A stretch of DNA of 64,000 nt from positions 35,645 to 99,644 of the forward strand of contig JAWDMB010000003.1 in NCBI GenBank assembly GCA_046536795.1. The letters are read 5' to 3'. Positions 49,221 through 58,606 of this stretch are shown in pieces. The DNA is from Candidatus Micrarchaeota archaeon (GTDB taxonomy: Archaea; Micrarchaeota; Micrarchaeia; Micrarchaeales; CABMGC01). The position numbers were made by a program, and so were the translations under genes. The number at the start of each line of letters is the position of its first letter. The stretch's first letter is position 1. The notes under the pieces are model-generated. The model worked only from the letters and a program-made list of their open reading frames with translations. It searched no databases and was not told where the DNA came from.

Positions 49221-49454
49221 TCAAATATAACCAAGCGCCTTCAGCTTTCTTGTAAGCTCATCTCCGGGCTTCGCCTTACCTTGCTTCTCTTCTTCTATCC
49301 TAGCAACTGTCTCCCTAAGTACATATGTCGCGTAATCAGAGACGGAAGAGAATCCGGTCTTTTCTATTACCTTTTCTATCCTTTCAAAAAGTGGGGTTGG
49401 TATTGTTATAGTTGTGTACTTTCTCTTAACACCTTTTTGCACATCTTTCTTCAT
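49221..49454 (-). CDS. Ribbon-helix-helix (CopG-like) regulator
   Basis: YTTITIPTPLFERIEKVI..TGFSSVSDYATYVLRE pattern. Confidence 0.85.
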   Translation of the reverse strand: MKKDVQKGVKRKYTTITIPTPLFERIEKVIEKTGFSSVSDYATYVLRETVARIEEEKQGKAKPGDELTRKLKALGYI

Positions 49455-49647
49455 GCTCTCACATTATATAGTTTAATGTTATAACATTAAAATATAAAAA
49501 GCTTTCTAATCTGCTTTTAGAAAGAAACATAAAAATAAAACTTAAGGAAAAAGAAAATTTATAAAGAAAATAGAAAAGATGAAGTAAGGATTAAATACTT
49601 TGTATTACACAATATTATTAATAATTTGAAACGAGCAAGCTGATTGT

Positions 49648-50067
49648 ATGGGTAGCAGGGGAATTACTAACAAATATGAATTGCTCGTTAATGATGTAAG
49701 GAAAGTATCAAAAAAGCACGAGATAGAAAATGAAGGAGAGAAGAAGATAAAAGATATGGCAGCGCTTATAGCATCACTTTCATCAAGTCATTCCTGGAAA
49801 ACTTACAAATACCTGCATGATGGAGGAGAACTTGACAAAGATGCAATCATTATGGAAGCGAATACAGCATTCTCAGAAGGATGGAAGAGCATAACAGAGG
49901 CAGATGTAGAAGAGGTAGTAAACTCTAATATAGATGACTATCTTCTCTCGATGTGGCTCTTCTATGCCATAGAAAAAGATAAAAGAGACTACTTCAAGAG
50001 CCTTTTGCAAGAGATGAAGAAAGAACTCGCAGACGGTATAGAGCCTATAGAGAAGAAAGAGGATTGA
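49648..50067 (+). CDS. Hypothetical acidic helical protein
   Basis: 139-aa ORF divergent from the RHH gene; no recognised motif. Confidence 0.65.
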   Translation: MGSRGITNKYELLVNDVRKVSKKHEIENEGEKKIKDMAALIASLSSSHSWKTYKYLHDGGELDKDAIIMEANTAFSEGWKSITEADVEEVVNSNIDDYLLSMWLFYAIEKDKRDYFKSLLQEMKKELADGIEPIEKKED

Positions 50068-50087
50068 AAAAGCACATGCCACTTATT

Positions 50088-50162
50088 GGGCATGTGGCGC
50101 AACTTGGATAGCGCGCCTGGCTTCGGACCAGGTGGTTGCGGGTTCAAATCCCGTCATGCCCG
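50088..50162 (+). tRNA. tRNA-Arg(TCG)
   Basis: GGGCATG/CATGCCC acceptor stem, CCTGG-CTTCGGA-CCAGG anticodon arm, GCGGG-TTCAAAT-CCCGT T-arm. Confidence 0.95.
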
Positions 50163-50204
50163 CAGTGAAAAATAAATAATATAATTCTTACCTTCATAAA
50201 TAAA

Positions 50205-50690
50205 ATGGATGAAATGGGGCAATTTCCAATAGGAGCGGGAATAACAGAGCTTAGGGGCGTGCTAAAAATCTTAAAGGAAAACGAAGGCGCACTTAGCTTA
50301 GCTAAGCTTGCAGATGAAAGTGAAGAAGAGATAGACAAGCTACTCCCACTTTTAGATGCTGGCGAGCTCCTTGGATTGCTTGAAGTAAAAAACGGTATAG
50401 TAAGGCTTACAGAAGAAGGAAAAAGGCTGGGGCTGAGTAACATTACCAGTATGCTATCAAAAAGGCTCAAAGAGATTGAACCATTCAAGAGCGTTATTGA
50501 TATTCTAAGCAAAAAAAGCTTAAACACCGAAGAAATAGCAGAAGAGTTGAAAAGTAGAGATATAATACTAAATGCTGATGATATAACCAATGTCGAAATA
50601 CTTAGGAACCTTTTGATCAAGTGGGGGGTTAGAACAAAGCTCCTCGCATATAACAAAGACTCAGATTCATGGAGTATAGGCAAAGAGTGA
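50205..50690 (+). CDS. Standalone AAA-associated domain protein (normally the C-terminus of NitT/TauT ABC ATPases)
   Basis: GLxxIL...LAKLADE...DKLLPLLDAGELLGLLEVKNG.VRLTEEG pattern (family assignment from recall). Confidence 0.72.
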   Translation: MDEMGQFPIGAGITELRGVLKILKENEGALSLAKLADESEEEIDKLLPLLDAGELLGLLEVKNGIVRLTEEGKRLGLSNITSMLSKRLKEIEPFKSVIDILSKKSLNTEEIAEELKSRDIILNADDITNVEILRNLLIKWGVRTKLLAYNKDSDSWSIGKE

Positions 50691-51431
50691 CTATTCAGTA
50701 AGAACTTTGTAGATATGCTCTACTTCTTGCATAAAGTCCTTGCTACGCTTATTTCTTGGATATCTTAGCCCTATTCTTTTAATCTCCTTAACATGTGAAG
50801 GCCTTTCAGATAATATCACAACCTTGCTTGAGAGTTCTACTGCTTCTTCAACGTTATGCGTAACCATTATGACAAGGCTTACAGGAGTATCTGGGCTTCT
50901 CAGCATATTTATCACATCACTCCTTAATGCCTCGGCTGTAAGCTCATCCAAAGAGCTGAAAGGCTCATCCATAAGAAGCACCTTTGGATCAGATATTATT
51001 GCTCTTGCTAATCCAACGCGTTGCTTCATACCGCCGCTTAGCATATTAGGATATGCATTTTCAAAACCTTCTAAACCCATCTTCTTAAATAAAAGCTTCG
51101 CTTTTCTTTCCTTCTCTTCTTCACTAATATCAAAGAGAGAAAGACCGAGCTTTACGTTCTCTATGTTTGTAAGCCATGGTAGCAGTGCAAAATCCTGAAA
51201 CACAAACGAAATATCCTTATTTGGTTTCTCTACCCGCACACCATTATATAAGACCTCTCCACGCAAAGGCTTTATAAGACCAGCAATAATCCTGAGCAGT
51301 GTACTCTTTCCGCAACCAGATGGGCCTATTATAGATACAAACTCATTCTTCATAGCTGTAAATGTTATATTTTCTATTACATGCACAGGTCCTATTGAAT
51401 AGCCTATATTTTTAACGTCAAGAAGGCCCAA
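50691..51431 (-). CDS. NitT/TauT-family ABC transporter ATP-binding protein
   Basis: GPSGCGKST, FQDFALLPW, LSGGMKQRVG, DEPFSSLD, VTHNVEEA motifs. Confidence 0.93.
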   Translation of the reverse strand: MGLLDVKNIGYSIGPVHVIENITFTAMKNEFVSIIGPSGCGKSTLLRIIAGLIKPLRGEVLYNGVRVEKPNKDISFVFQDFALLPWLTNIENVKLGLSLFDISEEEKERKAKLLFKKMGLEGFENAYPNMLSGGMKQRVGLARAIISDPKVLLMDEPFSSLDELTAEALRSDVINMLRSPDTPVSLVIMVTHNVEEAVELSSKVVILSERPSHVKEIKRIGLRYPRNKRSKDFMQEVEHIYKVLTE

Positions 51432-51439
51432 GCAAACAC

Positions 51440-52993
51440 CTATTTGTAAATCTCTTCAATTTTATTAAATAACCTTTTCCATACAAGCCTATTTATTACA
51501 ATTATCATTATTGTAAAGTTTAAAAGTGCAAGAAGCATAAGAACCATGTTGCCATTATCAAGCGATACGTCAAGGAGCTTTCCTATACCGATTGATACAG
51601 ATGTTAAGACAGCACCATTCCCAATTCCAGAGGAAGTAAAGTACTCAGCCACTATGCTTGCATTCCATTCTGCAGCTATGCCTGTAACAGCGCCTGTTAT
51701 TAGCCCAGGAACTATCGCATGGAGATATATCTTTTTCCATGCCTGCAAGCCCTTTATACCAAATAGTTTCTTTACCTCAAATATGCTTTGTGGAATGTAT
51801 GCTTTTTGCGAGAGTATGCTAAAGATAATATACCATATTCCACTAAGAAAATAAACAGAGAAGGCAACAGCTTCGCTATGAAAAGGCATTTTAACAAACA
51901 ACGAGACTATTAAAGGTAGCATTATTGTAGCAGGTATTGATGCTATTATTTGAAATAAAAGTATATAGGCGCTAAGCCTCTTTGAGAAAAAGATAAGATA
52001 AACACTGAGGGGAACCGAGATTAATAATATTACCGCAAATGCAAACCAAACTCTTGCAAATGATGCGAGAAGCGCTACAAGAATGCTTAGCTCATATGAA
52101 AATAAGGTTTTATTTGAAACAATAACTGCTACAAATAAAATTGCAAGTACTGCATAAACAAGATTTGCATATTCACTTTTCTTTGGCTTTATACCCACTT
52201 CATTGCTCAATGAATAGGTATCACGCTTTTTGCCAAATGCAAACTTTATGGGCATCCTTGCTTTTGGGATTTTAAATTTCAACTTTGACTTTATGAGATG
52301 CACAAAACAAATTGCATGCTTTTTTTGTATATAGCTCATGTTGTGTTTGTTAAAGTACCTTTCTAAAGGGGCGAAGAATAATAGCCTTGTTAATATTACA
52401 AATACAATTAAGATTAATATTCCCACAATATATTCGCTAAAATTACCGCTGAGTGCTAGTTGAGTTAATGCAACCCCAATGCCATGCTTTACCATAAATG
52501 TCTCGTTTGATGTAGAGAAGATCTCGCTTGTAACAAGGTAGAATAAGCCTATAGCCCAAGATAGGGTGGACTGGCTCATCACTTTTGGCATGCTTGCTGG
52601 TATATATATCTTGGAAAGCTTTTCCTTAAGGCCCATACCATATATAGCAGCAAGCTCCATAAACTCATGTGGCAACTCCTTTATCGATTCGTAAACCCCA
52701 AAAATTATGTTCCATAACATGCTCGTTATAATTAAGAATATTACAGCCGCATTTATTCCTATATATCCAGGAATTGCGGCAACTATAATGTATATTACAA
52801 AAGGGAAGAATGCGAGAATAGGAAGTGTTTGAAGTATATCTACTATTGGTATTATGACTTTCTCTGCTCTTCTGCTTGTTGCGGCCCATATACCTAAGCC
52901 GAGTCCTAGAAGGATAGAAAAGCCTAGAGCTATAAACATTCTAACCCATGAAAAAGAGATATCAATTAAAAGTTGCAAAATATAATCAAACAT
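51440..52993 (-). CDS. NitT/TauT-family ABC permease (duplicated TM domains)
   Basis: Two permease halves (DILQTLPILAF; QIIASIPATIM); ATG at 52993. Confidence 0.88.
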   Translation of the reverse strand: MFDYILQLLIDISFSWVRMFIALGFSILLGLGLGIWAATSRRAEKVIIPIVDILQTLPILAFFPFVIYIIVAAIPGYIGINAAVIFLIITSMLWNIIFGVYESIKELPHEFMELAAIYGMGLKEKLSKIYIPASMPKVMSQSTLSWAIGLFYLVTSEIFSTSNETFMVKHGIGVALTQLALSGNFSEYIVGILILIVFVILTRLLFFAPLERYFNKHNMSYIQKKHAICFVHLIKSKLKFKIPKARMPIKFAFGKKRDTYSLSNEVGIKPKKSEYANLVYAVLAILFVAVIVSNKTLFSYELSILVALLASFARVWFAFAVILLISVPLSVYLIFFSKRLSAYILLFQIIASIPATIMLPLIVSLFVKMPFHSEAVAFSVYFLSGIWYIIFSILSQKAYIPQSIFEVKKLFGIKGLQAWKKIYLHAIVPGLITGAVTGIAAEWNASIVAEYFTSSGIGNGAVLTSVSIGIGKLLDVSLDNGNMVLMLLALLNFTIMIIVINRLVWKRLFNKIEEIYK

Positions 52994-53087
52994 ACAAAAA
53001 CCCAATCAAACAATTAAAAAAACATATTTCGAAGCTTGTAGCACAACAATATTAATGTAAATAATTTTTATAAACTTAATATTGCAC

Positions 53088-55565
53088 TTATGTAACATTC
53101 AATATAGCACAATTTTGAGATAATATATTTATTACAGAGCTGTTCACAATATCGATCTGATGATAAGCGAGATAGTTGTAAAGGTTGCCAAAACCACCCA
53201 TTAGCTTTGTATTATTATAAGTTGCAAAATAACCGCCACATAGCTTCAATTGCTTACCTACCATATTCTGATTCGGTGTAATAACCCAGTGCACAAGAAG
53301 ATAATGATTTGGATCAAGATAAAAGAGCTGATGCGGCTCACCTATCTGTGTTATATAATTATACCATGGGCCGTTGTTTTGCACAAGTAGCATACCTGTT
53401 TGGTTTGCAAGCTCCACGCCATAGTAATGAAAGTTTATTAGCGGCTCGTGAATTGTCTGATTTAGATAATAGGAGGTTGCTGGATTTGCATACCACTTGA
53501 ATTCGCCGTAGAATATTACATTTACACTTACATACTCTCCAGGGTAAGCAGAACTTTTATTTAGTACAATGCTTACATTATCTACATGATTTACTACTGT
53601 AAAGTTTTCAAGTATGTTATTTGCTGGATTTATATAGCCAACACCTGTTAGATTAAAGTAATTGAAATTGAAATAACTTATTGTTGTGGTAGGAATTGTA
53701 GTTTGAGTTGTAGAATTTGCTACACTTATTGGCTTAATACTTCCGCCAGGCACATAATAAAGCTTAGCCCCAAACGGCTGTGAAACGCTTAATATTGAAG
53801 CATTTTTCATAGGGTAAGGATATGTAGGATAATATACAAGCTGCCAATAAGGACAGTACTTACGTGGATTTGGTGTATAATTAAGACCAAAATTCTGAAC
53901 ATACTTTGGTATTACTACGAAGCTCCCATTCGGTATTTCTCTGCAGTTCGGAATATTATCATAAGCAAAAAACCTGCCCATATTTTCAAACTTCATATAA
54001 ATGGGTAGGTTAGAGAACGAAGAAGAGAAGTAGATCTTTACATAGCTTGGGTAGTGCAAAAGATAATTTGCTATCGCAAGCTGATCGTATCGCTGATAAG
54101 CTAAAGTATTATATGCAAAAACATTTATCTGGAAAGATGTATATATTAAGAATATAAGCAGGAGCAAAACAGCAATTAGCATGAATGGCTTAGCTTTTTT
54201 GCTGAAATTTATAAGCTCTGCAAGCCCTATTCCAAATGTAACCACTATAGGTATACCAAGAACGGCAAGAAAACGCTGAAGTCTGTAGACAATTAAATAG
54301 TAAAAAGGATGAAGCGAGATGTGCATTGGACCATAATTTAGCAACAATAAGCCAAATAAGAATATAAAGAACGGCATATATATGCTAGTATTCCTTAAAA
54401 GGAACAGCTCTACAAAGAGTATAATAAATGGAATAAATGTAAGATAAAACAGTTTAGGTGGACATTGTGCGCTTATTATGCCAGTTGTGCAAGGAAGTGA
54501 ATTTTGTATAGGTACAAGATAATACAAATAAGCTAGTGATATTCCACCAATTATTAATACATATAAAAGCTTAGCCCAAGCCCTTCTTAGCTTTATTATG
54601 GGTAATATAAATGTTACAACAAATAATGCGTAGAAGAAAAAGCCAGAGAAAGAATTTACTATATAGTTGAAAGAAAGGTTATGACGCAGCAAGTTAAAGA
54701 ATAGGTTATAGTTAAACATTGTATTAAGATAAAATCGAGGGTCTATGTTGGTAGATGGTATATACCCCGTAGGACCAACAGTGCTATAGAAATTGTTATT
54801 CACCGATAATGTTATCAGCGGATTTCCACAATTTATATAGTTAAAGAGCATAAGGAGCAAACCAGCAAAAATTATACCATAAATTGTAAACAAAAAGACC
54901 TTGTCAAACTTAACCTTTCTTCTGAAGAGCTCTACTATAACAAAAAGAACGATAGCAAAATCTACAAGTAATGCTTCCGGAGTTATTAATATACTCCAAA
55001 CAAAGAAAGCACCAGACATGAAGTAATAAAGCCTAGAATTCTTTTCCTTGCCGTATAGGTAAAAGAGAAACACAATACCAACAAAGAACATAGAAGGTAT
55101 ATCATCGCTAATGGTTGGAGCAAGCATAGCCACATTTGGTATAAAAGCTAAAGAAAGCGCCGCTATAAGCCCGGCTGTAGAGCTATGAAGCTTTTTACCT
55201 ATCAAAAAAGCTATTATTATTGATCCTATAAAACTGATTATATCCCAAAGGGAGCTAGTTAGCATGCTAACTCCAAACAGAGCGTAAAATAGCGCTATTG
55301 GGTAGATTTGAAGAAGCCTTACACTAAATATATATGGGCTTTCATGAAAAATGTCGGCAAGCACAAAATAAGCCTCACCAAGATAGGCGGTATCATCGCC
55401 GTAAAAAGATGGCCCTCCAAGAAACATAACAGAGTAGACAATTGCGTATATAACGATTATGGATAATACAATAATATCCAATGGTATTTTTTTCTTTTTC
55501 TCCTCTGCTAGCAGACTCTTTTCTAGTTTTGCCTCCTTTTTAACTAACCTATCTAGAACCCCCAT
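53088..55565 (-). CDS. GT-C (ArnT/PMT, GT39/83-like) membrane glycosyltransferase with large C-terminal domain
   Basis: FYGDDTAY acidic first loop, many TM segments, DDIPS, C-terminal Cys/Asn-rich external region. Confidence 0.75.
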   Translation of the reverse strand: MGVLDRLVKKEAKLEKSLLAEEKKKKIPLDIIVLSIIVIYAIVYSVMFLGGPSFYGDDTAYLGEAYFVLADIFHESPYIFSVRLLQIYPIALFYALFGVSMLTSSLWDIISFIGSIIIAFLIGKKLHSSTAGLIAALSLAFIPNVAMLAPTISDDIPSMFFVGIVFLFYLYGKEKNSRLYYFMSGAFFVWSILITPEALLVDFAIVLFVIVELFRRKVKFDKVFLFTIYGIIFAGLLLMLFNYINCGNPLITLSVNNNFYSTVGPTGYIPSTNIDPRFYLNTMFNYNLFFNLLRHNLSFNYIVNSFSGFFFYALFVVTFILPIIKLRRAWAKLLYVLIIGGISLAYLYYLVPIQNSLPCTTGIISAQCPPKLFYLTFIPFIILFVELFLLRNTSIYMPFFIFLFGLLLLNYGPMHISLHPFYYLIVYRLQRFLAVLGIPIVVTFGIGLAELINFSKKAKPFMLIAVLLLLIFLIYTSFQINVFAYNTLAYQRYDQLAIANYLLHYPSYVKIYFSSSFSNLPIYMKFENMGRFFAYDNIPNCREIPNGSFVVIPKYVQNFGLNYTPNPRKYCPYWQLVYYPTYPYPMKNASILSVSQPFGAKLYYVPGGSIKPISVANSTTQTTIPTTTISYFNFNYFNLTGVGYINPANNILENFTVVNHVDNVSIVLNKSSAYPGEYVSVNVIFYGEFKWYANPATSYYLNQTIHEPLINFHYYGVELANQTGMLLVQNNGPWYNYITQIGEPHQLFYLDPNHYLLVHWVITPNQNMVGKQLKLCGGYFATYNNTKLMGGFGNLYNYLAYHQIDIVNSSVINILSQNCAILNVT

Positions 55566-55617
55566 GCAATAACACTCAAGATATTAAGAATAGAGACAAA
55601 AAAACTTAAAATATTCA

Positions 55618-56598
55618 TTAGTTGCGCTTTGCTTCTTTGAATATATTTCTTATATAAATTCTTTCTTCTGGAGTAGGTGAGATATATTTTTCTTCTTCAA
55701 GCTTTTTTCTAAGCCAAGCATATCTTTCGTTGCGCATTATCGTTGTCAAATCCAATGTTGTAAACTCTTCTTTTCTGAATCCGTATTTTAAGAGTGTATC
55801 TTTTATTTCCTCTTCGTTAATTTTCTCGTATCTTATATTCTCATAAGCACCTATATATACAGTACCGTAATCAGTAGTTACTTTTATACTCTTACCTTGC
55901 TCAATTAAGTTGAACTCTCTTAGAGTGCTAAAAATTTCATCCTTCTTCTTGTTAAGCTCTCTCCATAATATAATATAACTCTTTAATAGTTCGCTTATGT
56001 ATTCTAGGGCGTAACGCCCACCAGCATATAAATCTATTTTTTCTTGCACAACGCTCGTGTGCTTCGCCTCATTTATTAGCTTATCAGTATCTATATTTCT
56101 TGTATCTATGTTTTCCCATAGTTCTATCTGTATTAAGCCATTTTCTTGCAATTCCCTAAGAGCATTTATCGCATTCTGGTCCCCGACTTTCGCTGCCTTT
56201 ATAAGCACACCAAAATAAAGATGTGTTGGAATTTCTTTATCAAACCTTGTAAGACTTTTAAAGATATTTTCATTTGCCTGTGCTATAGCTTTTCTAAATC
56301 TGTTTAAACTTTCTTTATCATTTACCTTCATTTTTGCGGCATTAGATATAGGCGTATTTGAATACATTAGATTCTCCAAGTATACATCGTATCCTGGGAG
56401 TGAAACTTTTATTGTGTTTGACTCTTTGCTATGCATGAGATTTACTTTTTTAATGTCTGAAAATATTTCTCTCTTTATCCTTTGGAGTTCTGCAAGAATT
56501 GGTAAGTACTCTGTTCTAACAATAAAGCTCACAAAATTAAGTGCCTCTTTGTCATTATGGACTTTGAAAAAATCATCAAGTGTTTTTTGTACTACCAT
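55618..56598 (-). CDS. Hypothetical 326-aa protein
   Basis: Long ORF with no confident family assignment. Confidence 0.7.
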   Translation of the reverse strand: MVVQKTLDDFFKVHNDKEALNFVSFIVRTEYLPILAELQRIKREIFSDIKKVNLMHSKESNTIKVSLPGYDVYLENLMYSNTPISNAAKMKVNDKESLNRFRKAIAQANENIFKSLTRFDKEIPTHLYFGVLIKAAKVGDQNAINALRELQENGLIQIELWENIDTRNIDTDKLINEAKHTSVVQEKIDLYAGGRYALEYISELLKSYIILWRELNKKKDEIFSTLREFNLIEQGKSIKVTTDYGTVYIGAYENIRYEKINEEEIKDTLLKYGFRKEEFTTLDLTTIMRNERYAWLRKKLEEEKYISPTPEERIYIRNIFKEAKRN

Positions 56599-56691
56599 GA
56601 ATATATATTAGCAATTATTCTTTAAATTTATTTCCTCACTTGTTGTTGAAAGAAGTTTTTTATTCTTATTTAAACTAAATAAAGAAATTGT

Positions 56692-56764
56692 GCGATCGTA
56701 GTCTAGCCTGGTAGGACGTAGCCTTGCCAAGGCTATGACCCGGGTTCAAATCCCGGCGGTCGCA
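56692..56764 (+). tRNA. tRNA-Gly(GCC)
   Basis: GCGATCG/CGGTCGC acceptor stem, TAGCC-TTGCCAA-GGCTA anticodon arm, CCGGG-TTCAAAT-CCCGG T-arm. Confidence 0.96.
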
Positions 56765-56850
56765 TTTTTGCTCTTGTTCTTCTTTGCTTTTTGTCTAATC
56801 TGGCATAGACATTTATAAAACTATCTTTTTAAAATCACTTATGTGATTTT

Positions 56851-58419
56851 ATGAACGAGAAAAATATAGAAAGTGGTATAAGTTATATTGGCATAGAGGT
56901 GCCACCGTATGTAGTTACGGCAGATGTGATTGCAGAGAGAGAGAAAGTACCAAAGGAGAAGATAGAAAAAGGCCTTTTAATAAGGGAGTTTAGATTTCCT
57001 GGAGAAGCAGATACTATAGTAACACTAGCCGCAAATAATCTGCTCAAATTTGCAGAAAATATTGTAAAAAATGACTTGCTATACAATAAATATAAGGAAA
57101 GCAGAATAGGGAGTATATATTTTGCTACCGAATCTAGCCCAGAGCAGAGCAGACCTGTTGCGATGGCTGTGCTAGAACTTGTTGAACCAATATTATATGA
57201 GCGCATGAATAATGCCCCTGAAGGCTCGAGGGAAAAAGAGGTATATAGAATGCTACTTGAAGACTTCAGATATAGTGATAGCTTTGAGGTTAAGTTTGCA
57301 TGCACAGCAGATGCAAAAATTATAAACTTAGCAAATCAGGCCATTGGGCCCTACTCTAAAGGTGTTGTTATTATCGGCTCAGACGAAGCTATATATGATT
57401 CAAGCAAAGCTAAAAATGCAGAGCCAACACAAGGCGCTGCAAGCAGTTTAGTTTATATAACAAAGGACCCGCTAATCGCTACGATAGATAAAAGGGCAAT
57501 ACATTATAATTTGCCTGCATATGATTTCTTCAAGCCAGATGAGCACACACCAAGAGTACCTTCAGGTTACGGATCTGAGGTGGATTATGTAGTTACAATT
57601 GGCTCAGCGATAGAGAAGTTCGAAAAAGAATTTGGTTTACCTTTAGATTACTATATAGTAAGTCATGTGCCATTTCCGAAAGAAGCAATATATCTTGCTT
57701 CATTCCTTTACACACACTATCTAAGGAAAAATGGAAAAATGGAAGAGCTTGAAAAAGAGATAGGCGAAAAGGAGCCACTGGGAGATGCAAAAAGCGCTAT
57801 TGAGCTTATAAGAAGGGTTGCTGCTGAGTATAGAAATGACAGCAAAAACGGAGATTTGATAAGATATATTGCTGAGGATGAAAGAATAAAGCGCTTGTGG
57901 CAGTTCCATAAGAAAGTAAGAGAAACAGAAGGCTTCAAAAAATTCGTAAAGGATTTGGGTATAGAGTATGCAATAGAAATACCATCGATTGTTGGAAATT
58001 CATATAACAATTCTATTGTTGTTGCAACAGCTAGCCTTTTACTAAATGCGCCTGAGCTTAAGTCAATAGTATGGGCTTCTTATGGTAGTGGTTCAGGTAC
58101 TACTGTAACTGTTTTGCAACCAAAAGAGCTTAGCAAAGAGAAGCTCCAGTCACTTATAGATATAAGTTCGCTAAAGCGCAGAACAGAGCTAAGCTTAGAT
58201 GAATATACAGATTTACATAATAAGCTTATCAGCGATACAGAGTATAAGCGAGGCTTAGAAGCTGTAAGGAGAGGAAGAACATTAGTTGAGAATGACAAGG
58301 ATACATTAGGCAATAAGTTCGATGATCGTGGCTTTAAGTTGCTAGGTATAAGGGAAGACGGCATAGGAAGGTATTCGTATAACGGCAAAGAGCTGAAACT
58401 AATGCCTATCATCCTTTAA
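56851..58419 (+). CDS. Hydroxymethylglutaryl-CoA synthase (long, MvaS-like)
   Basis: ATES, EVKFAC (catalytic Cys), EPTQGAAS, DFFKP, HVPF, VGNSY, SYGSG motifs; 522 aa with insertions. Confidence 0.85.
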   Translation: MNEKNIESGISYIGIEVPPYVVTADVIAEREKVPKEKIEKGLLIREFRFPGEADTIVTLAANNLLKFAENIVKNDLLYNKYKESRIGSIYFATESSPEQSRPVAMAVLELVEPILYERMNNAPEGSREKEVYRMLLEDFRYSDSFEVKFACTADAKIINLANQAIGPYSKGVVIIGSDEAIYDSSKAKNAEPTQGAASSLVYITKDPLIATIDKRAIHYNLPAYDFFKPDEHTPRVPSGYGSEVDYVVTIGSAIEKFEKEFGLPLDYYIVSHVPFPKEAIYLASFLYTHYLRKNGKMEELEKEIGEKEPLGDAKSAIELIRRVAAEYRNDSKNGDLIRYIAEDERIKRLWQFHKKVRETEGFKKFVKDLGIEYAIEIPSIVGNSYNNSIVVATASLLLNAPELKSIVWASYGSGSGTTVTVLQPKELSKEKLQSLIDISSLKRRTELSLDEYTDLHNKLISDTEYKRGLEAVRRGRTLVENDKDTLGNKFDDRGFKLLGIREDGIGRYSYNGKELKLMPIIL

Positions 58420-58494
58420 TCATGTAGGCTAGCAATCCGCTAGGCTAGACAATAAAGAACTTTAAAAACTTTAACCTTAAAATAGAATATAGCT

Positions 58495-58567
58495 GCGATC
58501 GTAGTCTAGCCTGGTAGGACTTTGGCCTTCCAAGCCAACGACCCGGGTTCAAATCCCGGCGATCGCA
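58495..58567 (+). tRNA. tRNA-Gly(TCC)
   Basis: GCGATCG/CGATCGC acceptor stem, TTGGC-CTTCCAA-GCCAA anticodon arm, CCGGG-TTCAAAT-CCCGG T-arm. Confidence 0.96.
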
Positions 58568-58606
58568 TATGCGGCTTAGTTACTTCTAAGGAAAGATGAT
58601 CTGACA

